Part shown: in pieces, positions 19,050 to 27,399 of the stretch | Layout of the letters: the number at the start of each line of letters is the position of its first letter | Position numbering within the stretch: position 1 is the first letter of the stretch | Source: Bacteroidales bacterium | Lineage (GTDB): Bacteria; Bacteroidota; Bacteroidia; Bacteroidales; UBA932 | Assembly: GCA_045641345.1 (NCBI GenBank) | Contig: JAZUGR010000031.1 | Span: 1,789 to 65,788 of the forward strand | DNA: 64,000 nucleotides | Direction of reading: 5' to 3' | Made by a program: the position numbers and the translations under genes | Notes under the pieces: generated by a model | What the model was told of the DNA's origin: nothing | Seen by the model: the letters and a program-made list of their open reading frames with translations, nothing else | Database searches by the model: none

Positions 19050-21074
19050 ATGTCCAGAGGTAGCAGAAACAGTTCGCGGAAGGGGAGCCGTCCGCAAAAA
19101 AAGCGCAGTCACGGCGGAAAGAAAGCCCGCTCGGTGATGACGGTCGACGGAGTCGTGACGATGAACCGCGACGGCCTTGGCTTCGTAACCACAAAGGAGT
19201 TCGACGAAAGCGTCATGGTGAGGGTCAACCGTATGCGCGGCGCCCTCAACGGCGACAAGGTAAAGGTGGGCGTCTATGCCCGGAAGACCCCTTCGGGCAG
19301 GATTGAGGGTGAGATTGTGAGCGTCACGGAGCGCTCCGCCAAGCCCCATATCGGCACTCTGGCCGTACGCGGCAACAAGATGTGGTGCATAATGGAGAGC
19401 CGCACGATGCCCTACGACATACGCATACAGCTCGCCGGGCCCGAAGACCTCCCCACCATAGGCGGGATCAAGGCCGAGGACGGAGTGAAAATCGCCACTC
19501 TGGTGACGGAATGGCCCAGAGGGGTCCCGGAGCCCCTGGGGCGCATAGTGGACGTGCTGGGCAAGCCCGGCGAGAACGATACCGAAATGCACTCCATCCT
19601 GGCGGAATATAATCTCCCCTACAGATTCGAAAAAAGTGTGGAGGATGCCGCCGAAGGCATCTCCGAAAAGATAACGGCAAAGGAGATTGCCTCGCGCCGC
19701 GATTTCCGCAAGGTGACCACCTTCACCATCGACCCGGCAGACGCCAAGGACTTCGACGATGCCATCTCGTACAGAAAACTTGATAACGGGCACATCGAAG
19801 CCGGAGTCCACATCGCCGACGTGACCCATTACGTAAAAGAGGGCGACATCGTGGACAAAGAGGCCTTTTTCCGCGGAACCTCGGTATATCTGGTCGACCG
19901 CACCATCCCGATGCTCCCCGAAAAACTCTGCAACAAGCTCTGCTCCCTCCGCCCGGGAGAGGACAAACTCTGTTTCTCCGCCGTGTTCGAAATGGACGGA
20001 GAGGGCAAGGTGTATGACAGCTGGTTCGGCCGCACGGTGATATGCTCCGACCGGAGGTTCGACTACGAGCAGGCCCAGCAGATAATAAAGGGGGAGGACG
20101 GGCCCCTTGCGGCAGAAATCCGCGAATTGCATCTGATAGCATCCAAACTGAGGGCTGAACGCTTCAAGAAGGGGGCTATCAACTTCGACAGGCCGGAGAT
20201 GAAGGTCATCGTCGACGAGGCCGGAAAACCCATAGACGTGGTGCAGAAGTTCGAGATGGAGAGCAACTGGCTCATCGAGGAATTCATGTTGCTGGCCAAC
20301 CGTCAGGTGGCATCCTTCGTGGCTAAGAAATGCAAGGCCAAGGACCCCACCTTCGTCTATCGTATCCACGACAATCCCAATCCCGAGAAAATCGAGGAGC
20401 TGCGCAAGTTCGCCCGCAACTTCAAATACGAGATGGGCGATACCGGCAATCCCAAGAAAATAGCCGGGAGCCTCAACTCCCTTATGTCGAAATCCAAGGG
20501 CACTCCCGAGGAGGGGCCGCTCAAGATGATGGCGCTCAGGGCTATGGCCCGCGCCTGCTATTCCACCGACAACATCGGCCACTATGGCCTGGCCTTCGAC
20601 TACTACTGCCACTTCACCTCCCCCATCCGCCGCTATCCCGATATGATGGTGCACCGCCTTCTGGCAAAATATATGGCCGGCGAGGCCTCGCAGAACAAAC
20701 AGCATTTCGAAGAGTGCTGCGAGTATGCCTCCCAGAGGGAACAGCTCGCCACTGAAGCCGAGAGAGCCAGCGTCAAGTACAAAATGGTGGAGTATATGCA
20801 GGACAAGGTCGGGCAGGAGTTCGAGGGCACGATTTCAGGTCTTACCGAATGGGGTATCTACGTGGAGATAGAGCCCACCAAGATTGAAGGGATGATACCC
20901 ATCAGGGATATGGAGGACGACTACCTTGAGTTCGATCCGGAAAACTACCGCACCGTGAGCAAGGCCACCAAACACGTTTACAATCTGGGCGACAAGGTTC
21001 GCGTAAAGGTGATGCGCGCCTCCCTCGAACAGAAACTGCTGGATTTTCAGTTAATAAAAAGTATTAATGAATAA
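19050..21074 (+). CDS. rnr: Ribonuclease R
   Basis: The track start at 19044 is TTG; the first ATG is 19050. Basic N-terminus, RNB catalytic domain (FTIDPADAKDFDDAIS, HYGLAFDYYCHFTSPIRRYPD) and a C-terminal S1 domain (EFEGTISGLTEWGIYVEI). Confidence 0.95.
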   Translation: MSRGSRNSSRKGSRPQKKRSHGGKKARSVMTVDGVVTMNRDGLGFVTTKEFDESVMVRVNRMRGALNGDKVKVGVYARKTPSGRIEGEIVSVTERSAKPHIGTLAVRGNKMWCIMESRTMPYDIRIQLAGPEDLPTIGGIKAEDGVKIATLVTEWPRGVPEPLGRIVDVLGKPGENDTEMHSILAEYNLPYRFEKSVEDAAEGISEKITAKEIASRRDFRKVTTFTIDPADAKDFDDAISYRKLDNGHIEAGVHIADVTHYVKEGDIVDKEAFFRGTSVYLVDRTIPMLPEKLCNKLCSLRPGEDKLCFSAVFEMDGEGKVYDSWFGRTVICSDRRFDYEQAQQIIKGEDGPLAAEIRELHLIASKLRAERFKKGAINFDRPEMKVIVDEAGKPIDVVQKFEMESNWLIEEFMLLANRQVASFVAKKCKAKDPTFVYRIHDNPNPEKIEELRKFARNFKYEMGDTGNPKKIAGSLNSLMSKSKGTPEEGPLKMMALRAMARACYSTDNIGHYGLAFDYYCHFTSPIRRYPDMMVHRLLAKYMAGEASQNKQHFEECCEYASQREQLATEAERASVKYKMVEYMQDKVGQEFEGTISGLTEWGIYVEIEPTKIEGMIPIRDMEDDYLEFDPENYRTVSKATKHVYNLGDKVRVKVMRASLEQKLLDFQLIKSINE

Positions 21075-21080
21075 GATTAA

Positions 21081-21196
21081 CGCGAAGTAGGAATCTTTTT
21101 TCAAAGGGCCGTCCGCCCACGGACTTAGTGGGAGAGGCCCAAGCTTGCTTGGGAGGGCTCGTCACTGGCCCGTGAAAAAAGGATTCTTCGAAGCGT
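21081..21196 (+). ncRNA. Candidate structured RNA (three-way junction), class unknown
   Basis: P1: 21091-21110 pairs with 21167-21186 (gaatcttttttc..gggcc / ggccc..gaaaaaaggattc), with extensions 21081-86 / 21187-95. P2: hairpin 21111-21124 (gtccg-ccca-cggac). P3: 21127-21166, with apical cccaag-cttg-cttggg. There are 0, 2 and 0 nt at the junction. It lies in the 155-nt spacer between rnr and a radical-SAM gene. Confidence 0.35.
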
Positions 21197-21229
21197 CAAT
21201 CAAAAAAACTTAATATTTATACACATACG

Positions 21230-21985
21230 ATGCTAAGAGAAGAAGTGGTTTTCGGACCGATACATTCACGCAGACTCGGTTCATCACTGGGAATAAACCT
21301 GCTTCCCGAGAAGGGGAAGATATGCAACTTTGACTGCATCTACTGCGAATGCGGCTGGAACAGCGACGGACGCGGCGACACCGTGCTCCCCACGGCAGAC
21401 AGGGTGCGCACGGCTCTGGAGAGCAAGCTGAAGGAATTGGCCGCCAAAAGAACCGCCATCGACTCCATCACCTTCAGCGGCGACGGCGAGCCAACCATCA
21501 ATCCGGAATTCCCGCAGATAATAGACGACACCCTCGCCCTGCGCGACAGATACGTTCCCAAGGCCAAAGTCTCCGTACTTTCCAATGCCACCCGCGTGCA
21601 TATCCCCGGGATTTTCGCTGCGTTGCGCAAGGTTGACAATCCCATACTCAAGATTGACGCACCTACCAACGTCCTTGCCGCAAAAATCAACAATCCCGCT
21701 CCGGGGTATGATATCGCCAGGGTTGTCGAGGCCCTTAAAAAGTTCAAGGGCGATTTCATCCTGCAGACAATGTTTCTCAAAACAACGGATTTCGACTCGT
21801 CATCCCCCGAAGTGCTCCACGGCTGGATGGATATAGTGCGCACCCTCCGACCCCGCAGGATAATGGTATATACGGTCGATCGCCCCACCCCCGGAGAGGG
21901 TATCGAAAAATTCACTGCCGAACAGATGCTCTCTTTGGTTGAGCCCCTCATTGGAGAGGGCTTCGACATCATGATCTGCGGATAA
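21230..21985 (+). CDS. Radical SAM protein, function unknown
   Basis: 251 aa. CxxxCxxC cluster motif CNFDCIYCECGW near the N-terminus and an FSGDGEPT SAM-binding-type block. Confidence 0.85.
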   Translation: MLREEVVFGPIHSRRLGSSLGINLLPEKGKICNFDCIYCECGWNSDGRGDTVLPTADRVRTALESKLKELAAKRTAIDSITFSGDGEPTINPEFPQIIDDTLALRDRYVPKAKVSVLSNATRVHIPGIFAALRKVDNPILKIDAPTNVLAAKINNPAPGYDIARVVEALKKFKGDFILQTMFLKTTDFDSSSPEVLHGWMDIVRTLRPRRIMVYTVDRPTPGEGIEKFTAEQMLSLVEPLIGEGFDIMICG

Positions 21986-22078
21986 GGGCAAACCGCTTCC
22001 GACGGCGACGCAGGGGCGAATGTTGATAAATTGTTTACAGAATAACTCTCCGACCGACCGTTATGAGAGCAAAGCGTC

Positions 22079-22086
22079 TAATTTTG
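22079..22086 (+). promoter_or_regulatory. Candidate -7 box for nrdDG
   Basis: TAATTTTG, 25 nt upstream of ATG 22112. Confidence 0.35.
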
Positions 22087-22111
22087 TCTACCCAAACCTT
22101 AACCATCCATA

Positions 22112-24214
22112 ATGGAAAACGCAAACTTATTCATCATCAAGAGAGATGGCAAACGCGTGCCGTTCGACATCGACAAAATCAAGAATGCCATCCGCAAGGC
22201 CTTTCTGGCCACCGGAAGCTATGCTTCGGAAGATATCATAACCAGCGTCCTGAGCCGTGTGAGCATAAAGCAGGACATGTCGGTTGAGGATATCCAGAAC
22301 CAGGTGGAACTCTCCCTGATGGTGGAGAAATATTACAGCGTTGCCAAAAGCTATATGCTGTACCGCCAGGCCCATACCGAAGACAGGGACGTGCGCGACA
22401 GGCTCAACTTCCTTATGGATTATTGCTCGGCCACGAATGCGGCCACCGGCAGCAAGTACGACGCTAACGCCAACATAGAAAAGAAGAATATCGCCACCTT
22501 GATAGGCGAGCTTCCCAAGCAGAGCTTCATCCGCCTCAACCGCAGGATGCTGACCGACCGCATCAAGGAGATGTACGGCCGCGAACTGGCCGACAGGTAT
22601 CTCGACCTGCTTGGCAAGCATTTCATCTACAAGAACGACGAAACCTCACTGGCAAACTACTGCGCCAGCATAACGATGTATCCCTGGCTTCTGCAGGGTA
22701 CGCTTCCCGTAGGGGGCAACTCCACCGCACCCACCAACCTCAAGGCATTCTGCGGCGGCTTTGCAAACCTTGTCTTCATCGTTTCGAGTATGCTCAGCGG
22801 AGCCTGCGCAACACCGGAGTTCCTTATGTATATGAACTATTTCATCGGGCGCGAATATGGTCAGGACTACTGGAAGCACGCCGACGAAATAGTGGATCTT
22901 TCAAAGAAGCAGCGTACCATCGACAAGGTGATAACCGACTGCTTCGAACAGATAGTATATACCATCAACCAGCCCACCGGAGCCCGCAACTTCCAGGCAG
23001 TGTTCTGGAACATATCATATTACGACAGATATTATTTCGAGAGCATCTTCGGCGAGTTCCGCTTCCCCGACGGAAGCAGGCCCGACTGGGATTCCCTCAA
23101 CTGGCTCCAGAAGCGGTTCATGGTCTGGTTCAACAAGGAGCGCACCAAAACAATCCTCACTTTCCCCGTGGAGACGATGGCCCTCCTTTCCGAGAACGGC
23201 GACGCCAAGGACGCGGAATATGCCGACTGGACAGCCAAGATGTATGCCGAGGGGCACTCGTTCTTCACCTATATGAGCGAAAATGCCGATTCTCTGGCAA
23301 GCTGCTGCCGTCTGCGCAACGAGATACAGGACAACGGTTTCAGCTACACCCTCGGAGCCGGCGGAGTCTCCACCGGAAGCAAGAGCGTGCTCACCATCAA
23401 CCTCAACCGCTGTGTCCAGTATGCAGTGCGTGAAGGCATCCCCTATCTTAAATACATAGGAGAGGTGGTGGAGTTGATGCACAAGGTGCAGACAGCATAC
23501 AACGAGAACCTCAAAGCCCTTGGCAGCAAGGGGATGCTTCCCCTTTTCGATTCAGGGTTCATCAATCTCAACCGCCAGTATCTCACCATCGGCGTAAACG
23601 GCCTCGTTGAGGCTGCCGAATTCCTCGGAATCAAAATCAACGACAACCCCGAATACGTCAAATTCGTTCAGGACATCCTGGGTCTCATCGAAGCCTGCAA
23701 CAAAAAGTTCCGCACCAAGGACCTGATGTTCAACTGCGAAATGATTCCCGCCGAAAACGTGGGCGTAAAGCACGCCAAGTGGGACAAGGAAGACGGATAT
23801 GTGGTTCCCCGCGACTGCTACAACAGCTACTTCTATGTGGTTGAAGACGACTCCCTCAACATCCTCGACAAATTCCGTCTGCACGGGCGCAAGTACATCG
23901 AGCACCTGACCGGCGGAAGCGCCCTCCATATGAATCTCGAGGAGCATCTGAGCCAGGAGCAGTACCGGCAGCTGCTGAGAGTTGCGGCGAAGGAGGGGTG
24001 CAACTACTTTACGTTCAACATCCCCAACACGATCTGCAACGATTGCGGGCACATCGACAAGCGGTACCTCGGCGAATGCCCCAAGTGCCACAGTAAGAAC
24101 GTGGACTACGCAACACGAATCATCGGCTATATGAAACGCATCAGCTGCTTCTCGATGCCAAGGCAGAAAGAGGCGGCAAAGCGCTATTACGCCAAGTCGT
24201 CATCCCTCAAATAA
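22112..24214 (+). CDS. nrdD: Anaerobic ribonucleoside-triphosphate reductase (class III)
   Basis: 700 aa. N-terminal ATP-cone (IIKRDGKRVPFDIDKIKNAIRKAF), Zn site CNDCGH...CPKC, and a C-terminal glycyl-radical motif RIIGYMKR. Confidence 0.95.
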   Translation: MENANLFIIKRDGKRVPFDIDKIKNAIRKAFLATGSYASEDIITSVLSRVSIKQDMSVEDIQNQVELSLMVEKYYSVAKSYMLYRQAHTEDRDVRDRLNFLMDYCSATNAATGSKYDANANIEKKNIATLIGELPKQSFIRLNRRMLTDRIKEMYGRELADRYLDLLGKHFIYKNDETSLANYCASITMYPWLLQGTLPVGGNSTAPTNLKAFCGGFANLVFIVSSMLSGACATPEFLMYMNYFIGREYGQDYWKHADEIVDLSKKQRTIDKVITDCFEQIVYTINQPTGARNFQAVFWNISYYDRYYFESIFGEFRFPDGSRPDWDSLNWLQKRFMVWFNKERTKTILTFPVETMALLSENGDAKDAEYADWTAKMYAEGHSFFTYMSENADSLASCCRLRNEIQDNGFSYTLGAGGVSTGSKSVLTINLNRCVQYAVREGIPYLKYIGEVVELMHKVQTAYNENLKALGSKGMLPLFDSGFINLNRQYLTIGVNGLVEAAEFLGIKINDNPEYVKFVQDILGLIEACNKKFRTKDLMFNCEMIPAENVGVKHAKWDKEDGYVVPRDCYNSYFYVVEDDSLNILDKFRLHGRKYIEHLTGGSALHMNLEEHLSQEQYRQLLRVAAKEGCNYFTFNIPNTICNDCGHIDKRYLGECPKCHSKNVDYATRIIGYMKRISCFSMPRQKEAAKRYYAKSSSLK

Positions 24215-24696
24215 TGCTGAAATACCACAATTTCGACATTGTTTTCCAGGAAATCCCCGACGAAACCACGCTGGCCGTAAACATTACCGGCTGCCCGTTC
24301 AGGTGCAAAGGTTGTCACAGCCCACATCTGAGGGAAGACACAGGAGAGCCTCTCACAAAGGAGGCTCTGCTTGCCATATACGACAACTACAGCTCCGGGG
24401 TGACCTGCATAGCCCTTATGGGCGGGGATGCGGCGCCAGAAGAGATAAACGACCTCGCCGGATTCGTCAAGAACGGAATGGGACTCAAGAGTGCCTGGTA
24501 TTCGGGAGCCGAAAAACTTTCCGGACTGATTGACACCAGAAATTTCAACTTCATCAAGATAGGCCCCTATATGGAAGAATACGGGGGACTCAAAAGCACG
24601 GACACCAACCAAAGGCTTTATTCTGTGTCCGACGACGGCTCACTGGTTGACATCACAGCCAGGATACGGACCGTCCACAAGCATTTCGACCGTTAG
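24214..24696 (+). CDS. nrdG: Anaerobic ribonucleotide reductase activating protein
   Basis: 160 aa. Radical-SAM motif GCPFRCKGCHSPHL. Its start shares 1 nt with the nrdD stop (TAATG). Confidence 0.9.
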   Translation: MLKYHNFDIVFQEIPDETTLAVNITGCPFRCKGCHSPHLREDTGEPLTKEALLAIYDNYSSGVTCIALMGGDAAPEEINDLAGFVKNGMGLKSAWYSGAEKLSGLIDTRNFNFIKIGPYMEEYGGLKSTDTNQRLYSVSDDGSLVDITARIRTVHKHFDR

Positions 24697-25043
24697 TTTT
24701 CCGGCTCGGATGCAGGAGCGGCGGGAAGAGTTGCTGCAGGGAACTCCGGCTGTGAGGGAACCTGCTCGGTCTGCTCCAGACTCTCCTTGAGGCTCGAATG
24801 CTTGATGGTTTTGTCGGGAATTACGAAAGTGGCCACAACGCTGAGAACTATTATCACAGCGGCAAGGCCCCACGTGAGCTTTTCAAGAAAATCGGCAGTC
24901 TGACGCACACCGAAAGTCTGATTGCCGGATGCAAAATTGGCTGCGAGCCCGCCTCCCTTGGAGTTCTGGACAAGAACCACGAGAGTGAGCAATATGCTTG
25001 CAATGATTATGATAACCGAAATTGTGATATACGCTGCTTGCAT
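24693..25043 (-). CDS. secG: Preprotein translocase subunit SecG
   Basis: 116 aa. Two TM segments flank the NSKGGGLAANFASG loop typical of SecG, followed by a Pro/Glu-rich tail. Its stop codon overlaps the nrdG stop codon on the opposite strand. Confidence 0.85.
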   Translation of the reverse strand: MQAAYITISVIIIIASILLTLVVLVQNSKGGGLAANFASGNQTFGVRQTADFLEKLTWGLAAVIIVLSVVATFVIPDKTIKHSSLKESLEQTEQVPSQPEFPAATLPAAPASEPEN

Positions 25044-25046
25044 GAT

Positions 25047-25622
25047 TTATTGTTTTGAATTCTTCGCCTCTTCTATAAGGCTTGCAAAGTAAGTGTTTTT
25101 TTCGGGATATAGCAAAATAAGTTTTTCGTATACCTCTATCGCCTTGTCATATAGCTGCTGGTCAAAATAGATGCGGGCCAGGGTTTCGGTGCACGGGGGG
25201 TCGATCTGTATCTGACCTGCAACGCTTCCCGAAGAGGGCTTGAAATCAAACGCACCGAGGGCCGATGCAATCGGGTTGTACTGGAGCGCCGTCACGTCGA
25301 AAGCATTGCCCGACCTTTCCAGTTCGTTGAAATCCTCCTTGCCGAAATAATCGCCGCCGACCACATAATATACCGGAGAACCGCCCGAAAGCCCGGGGGT
25401 TCCGTCTTTCACGGATGAGCCTGACGGGACCCTGCCGGTGAGACTGTCAAGCATCTGATGACGGGAAATGAAAAAGATTCCGGCAGCGGATGCCGCATCG
25501 TTCAAAGCCTCCGCCCCGAGGTCACGATGGCGGCGGACATATTCCTTGCGCGCGACGGTGAACCACGGAAAATCGTCGAGAATCCGCTCCAGATCCTGAA
25601 TTGTGAGGGTTGATACGTCCAT
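25047..25622 (-). CDS. Hypothetical protein with C-terminal TPR-like repeat
   Basis: 191 aa with coding-like composition. TPR-like LARIYFDQQLYDKAIEVYEKLILLYPEKNTYF. No further recognisable motif. Confidence 0.6.
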   Translation of the reverse strand: MDVSTLTIQDLERILDDFPWFTVARKEYVRRHRDLGAEALNDAASAAGIFFISRHQMLDSLTGRVPSGSSVKDGTPGLSGGSPVYYVVGGDYFGKEDFNELERSGNAFDVTALQYNPIASALGAFDFKPSSGSVAGQIQIDPPCTETLARIYFDQQLYDKAIEVYEKLILLYPEKNTYFASLIEEAKNSKQ

Positions 25623-25623
25623 A

Positions 25624-26130
25624 TTACCAGTTGGCTACGGTGGCGTTGAAGATATCTTCGACAAGCTTTTCGACTATCGTTTCACAAAGGGCCCCTTCAA
25701 CGGCATCGAGTGAGTTTTCTGAATTATAATCTTCGTAAGCGGCGAAATTCTTTTCGAAATTGTCTTCAGGATGCTTCTCGTTGACAAATTTCACCTTTAC
25801 GGTAACCGTGAGCCTGCTCATCGCCGCATATTCCTCGGCCGTGACAGCCGTGGCCGAAACCTGATACGACTCAATCGTGGCTGCGACATACAGGTCGCCC
25901 CTGTCGTCCACCTGCTCCAGACTGGTGAGCTTCTTGTATTTCTCGCACATCGCCTCGAACAGGTTGTTGGCAAGCGTAGGATTGACCTTCATCGACTTGT
26001 TGACAACCGGCTCGATACATATCGTCTTGACGTCGGACTGGATTGAAGTGCCGCTGAAAGAGTAGATTCCGCATCCCGCAACGAGGAGGGCGGCAAAGGC
26101 CGCAATCAGTATCACCCGCATTTTCATCAT
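25624..26130 (-). CDS. lptE: LPS-assembly lipoprotein LptE-like
   Basis: Track ORF 25624..26361 trimmed to ATG 26130 ([27 protein letters not shown]), giving a lipobox followed by the YSFSG block seen in Bacteroidetes LptE. The longer N-terminal extension is P/R/G-rich junk that overlaps the upstream gene. Confidence 0.6.
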   Translation of the reverse strand: MMKMRVILIAAFAALLVAGCGIYSFSGTSIQSDVKTICIEPVVNKSMKVNPTLANNLFEAMCEKYKKLTSLEQVDDRGDLYVAATIESYQVSATAVTAEEYAAMSRLTVTVKVKFVNEKHPEDNFEKNFAAYEDYNSENSLDAVEGALCETIVEKLVEDIFNATVANW

Positions 26131-27299
26131 AATCCCATATCCTTTATTTTGCGGTACAACGTACGCTCCGATATCCCGAGCTCGTCGGCAGCCTTCTTGC
26201 GGTTGCCCGCATTCCTCTCGAGGGCGCGGCGGATGAGGTCCGAATTCGATTTCTGAATCGAGCAGGATTTCTCCTCCTCGAGGTCTTCGCGGATCATCTC
26301 CTCCTCCTGGCGGATAAGTGACTTGACATCCTCGGGGTTTATGATTATCTGCTGGGTGCATGAGGCGGGAATCTGCCCGGTCGAGGGGGTGTCAAGACGC
26401 GACTTTATCTGGTCAACCTCCTGCCTGAGGTTGAAAAGCACCTTGAATATCAGATCGCGGTCGGCACGGTAATCCACGTTGGGCATCCCGTCCGAGGCGA
26501 GGATCGGAATCCCCGGCGCATCTTCAGGCAGATACTTCCGCAGGGTCGGAGCGGGTATCATCCTGTTCTCCTCGAGTATGGAAATCTGCTCCGCAACGCT
26601 CTTGAGCTGGCGGATGTTGCCCGGCCATCTGTACGACTCCAACGCCTGCACGGCGTCGGGCAGCAGCTTTACGGCAGGCATGGCATAGGTGTCGGCGAAA
26701 TCTCCGGCAAACTTTCTGAACAGAAGATGGATGTCACCCTTTCTTTCGCGCAGCGGAGGAATGGAGATGTTGACTGTGCAGAGGCGGAAGAAAAGATCCT
26801 CGCGGAACCTGCCCGATGCAATCAGAGTGCGGAGATTGACGTTGGTGGCGGCAATCACGCGCACGTCGGTTTTCTGAACCTTCGAAGACCCCACCTTCAT
26901 GAACTCCCCGCTCTGCAGGACGCGAAGCAGGCGGACCTGGGTGGAGACGGGCAGTTCGGCCACCTCATCGAGGAACAGGGTGCCGCCGTCGGCCTCCTCG
27001 AAATATCCCTTGCGGGTTTCGGTGGCTCCGGTGAAGGAACCCTTTTCATGCCCGAACAGCTCCGAGTCGATGGTTCCCTCGGGAATCGCTCCGCAGTTGA
27101 CAGCCATGTATTTCTGGTGTTTCCTGGGGCTGAAGGCGTGGATTATCTGAGGGACGACCTCCTTGCCCACGCCGCTCTCACCGGTCACCAGCACCGACAC
27201 GTCGGCCCTGGCCACCTTCACAGCCACTTCAAGCGCATGCTCAAGGGCTTCGTCGCGGCCAACTATCCCGAAACGGTCTTTTATCTGCTCCAATTCCAT
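26127..27299 (-). CDS. Sigma-54-dependent transcriptional activator (AAA+ domain plus Fis-type HTH, no N-terminal sensory domain)
   Basis: 390 aa. Walker A GESGVGKE appears by residue 47, followed by the GSFTGA loop, Walker B LFLDEV and a C-terminal [20 protein letters not shown]. The stop overlaps the lptE start (ATGATGA). Confidence 0.9.
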   Translation of the reverse strand: MELEQIKDRFGIVGRDEALEHALEVAVKVARADVSVLVTGESGVGKEVVPQIIHAFSPRKHQKYMAVNCGAIPEGTIDSELFGHEKGSFTGATETRKGYFEEADGGTLFLDEVAELPVSTQVRLLRVLQSGEFMKVGSSKVQKTDVRVIAATNVNLRTLIASGRFREDLFFRLCTVNISIPPLRERKGDIHLLFRKFAGDFADTYAMPAVKLLPDAVQALESYRWPGNIRQLKSVAEQISILEENRMIPAPTLRKYLPEDAPGIPILASDGMPNVDYRADRDLIFKVLFNLRQEVDQIKSRLDTPSTGQIPASCTQQIIINPEDVKSLIRQEEEMIREDLEEEKSCSIQKSNSDLIRRALERNAGNRKKAADELGISERTLYRKIKDMGL

Positions 27300-27365
27300 A
27301 ACCGCAAAGTTAATAAATTTTATCTCCGCACTGAGAATCTGTTTTGTTTTGTCCCCGAAATACCA

Positions 27366-27373
27366 TATTTTTG
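27366..27373 (+). promoter_or_regulatory. Candidate -7 box (with upstream TTTG, 19-nt spacing) for lipoprotein gene 27400
   Basis: TATTTTTG lies 26 nt upstream of ATG 27400. A TTTG ends 19 nt upstream of the TA, consistent with -33/-7 spacing. Confidence 0.45.
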
Positions 27374-27399
27374 CCCTTTGGACAATTACATTTCATCTT

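Noticed and set aside
18963-20705. 580-aa ORF on the minus strand, antisense to rnr. Similar long antisense ORFs occur at 10011..11759 and 12276..13649 (opposite dnaE), 42460..44088 (opposite glyQS), 29402..30661 (opposite lepA), 27310..28491, 38617..39687, 6595..7590 and 7882..8976.
   Set aside because: Each lies entirely within, and in codon register with, a gene that carries unmistakable family motifs on the other strand. Their translations are low-complexity (rich in G/R/V/H/L, no recognisable motifs), lack signal or start context, and have no TAnnTTTG box. Stop-codon depletion on the antisense strand of GC-biased, codon-biased genes explains them.
21127-21186. Possible SAM-I, cobalamin or hammerhead identity for the structured element (strings GGAGGG...CUGGCCCGUGAAA and GUCACUG).
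   Set aside because: Only a fragment resembles the SAM-I P2 region. The GCAACC / GGUGCUAA-type P3-P4 core is absent. The cobalamin GGGAA...GGUG..AA.UCC and B12-box context are absent, as is the hammerhead CUGAUGA core. I left the class as unknown pending an Infernal/Rfam scan.
27305-27312. TAACTTTG box (minus strand) upstream of the sigma-54 activator. Similar boxes lie very close to starts at 2224-2231 (rsgA), 15236-15243 (gpmI) and 51355-51362 (ybeY).
   Set aside because: They match TAnnTTTG but lie only 5-8 nt from the ATG, which would require leaderless mRNAs. This is plausible in Bacteroidota but too uncertain to list as features, so I mention them only in the promoter finding.
27300-27399. 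Sigma-54 (-24/-12) promoter expected near the divergent sigma-54 activator gene.
   Set aside because: There is no TGGCAC-N5-TTGC match. The nearest strings (TGGACAATTACATTTC, ACCATATTTTTGCC) lack either the GG or the GC dinucleotide at the right spacing. A standard TTTG-N19-TAnnTTTG promoter fits better.
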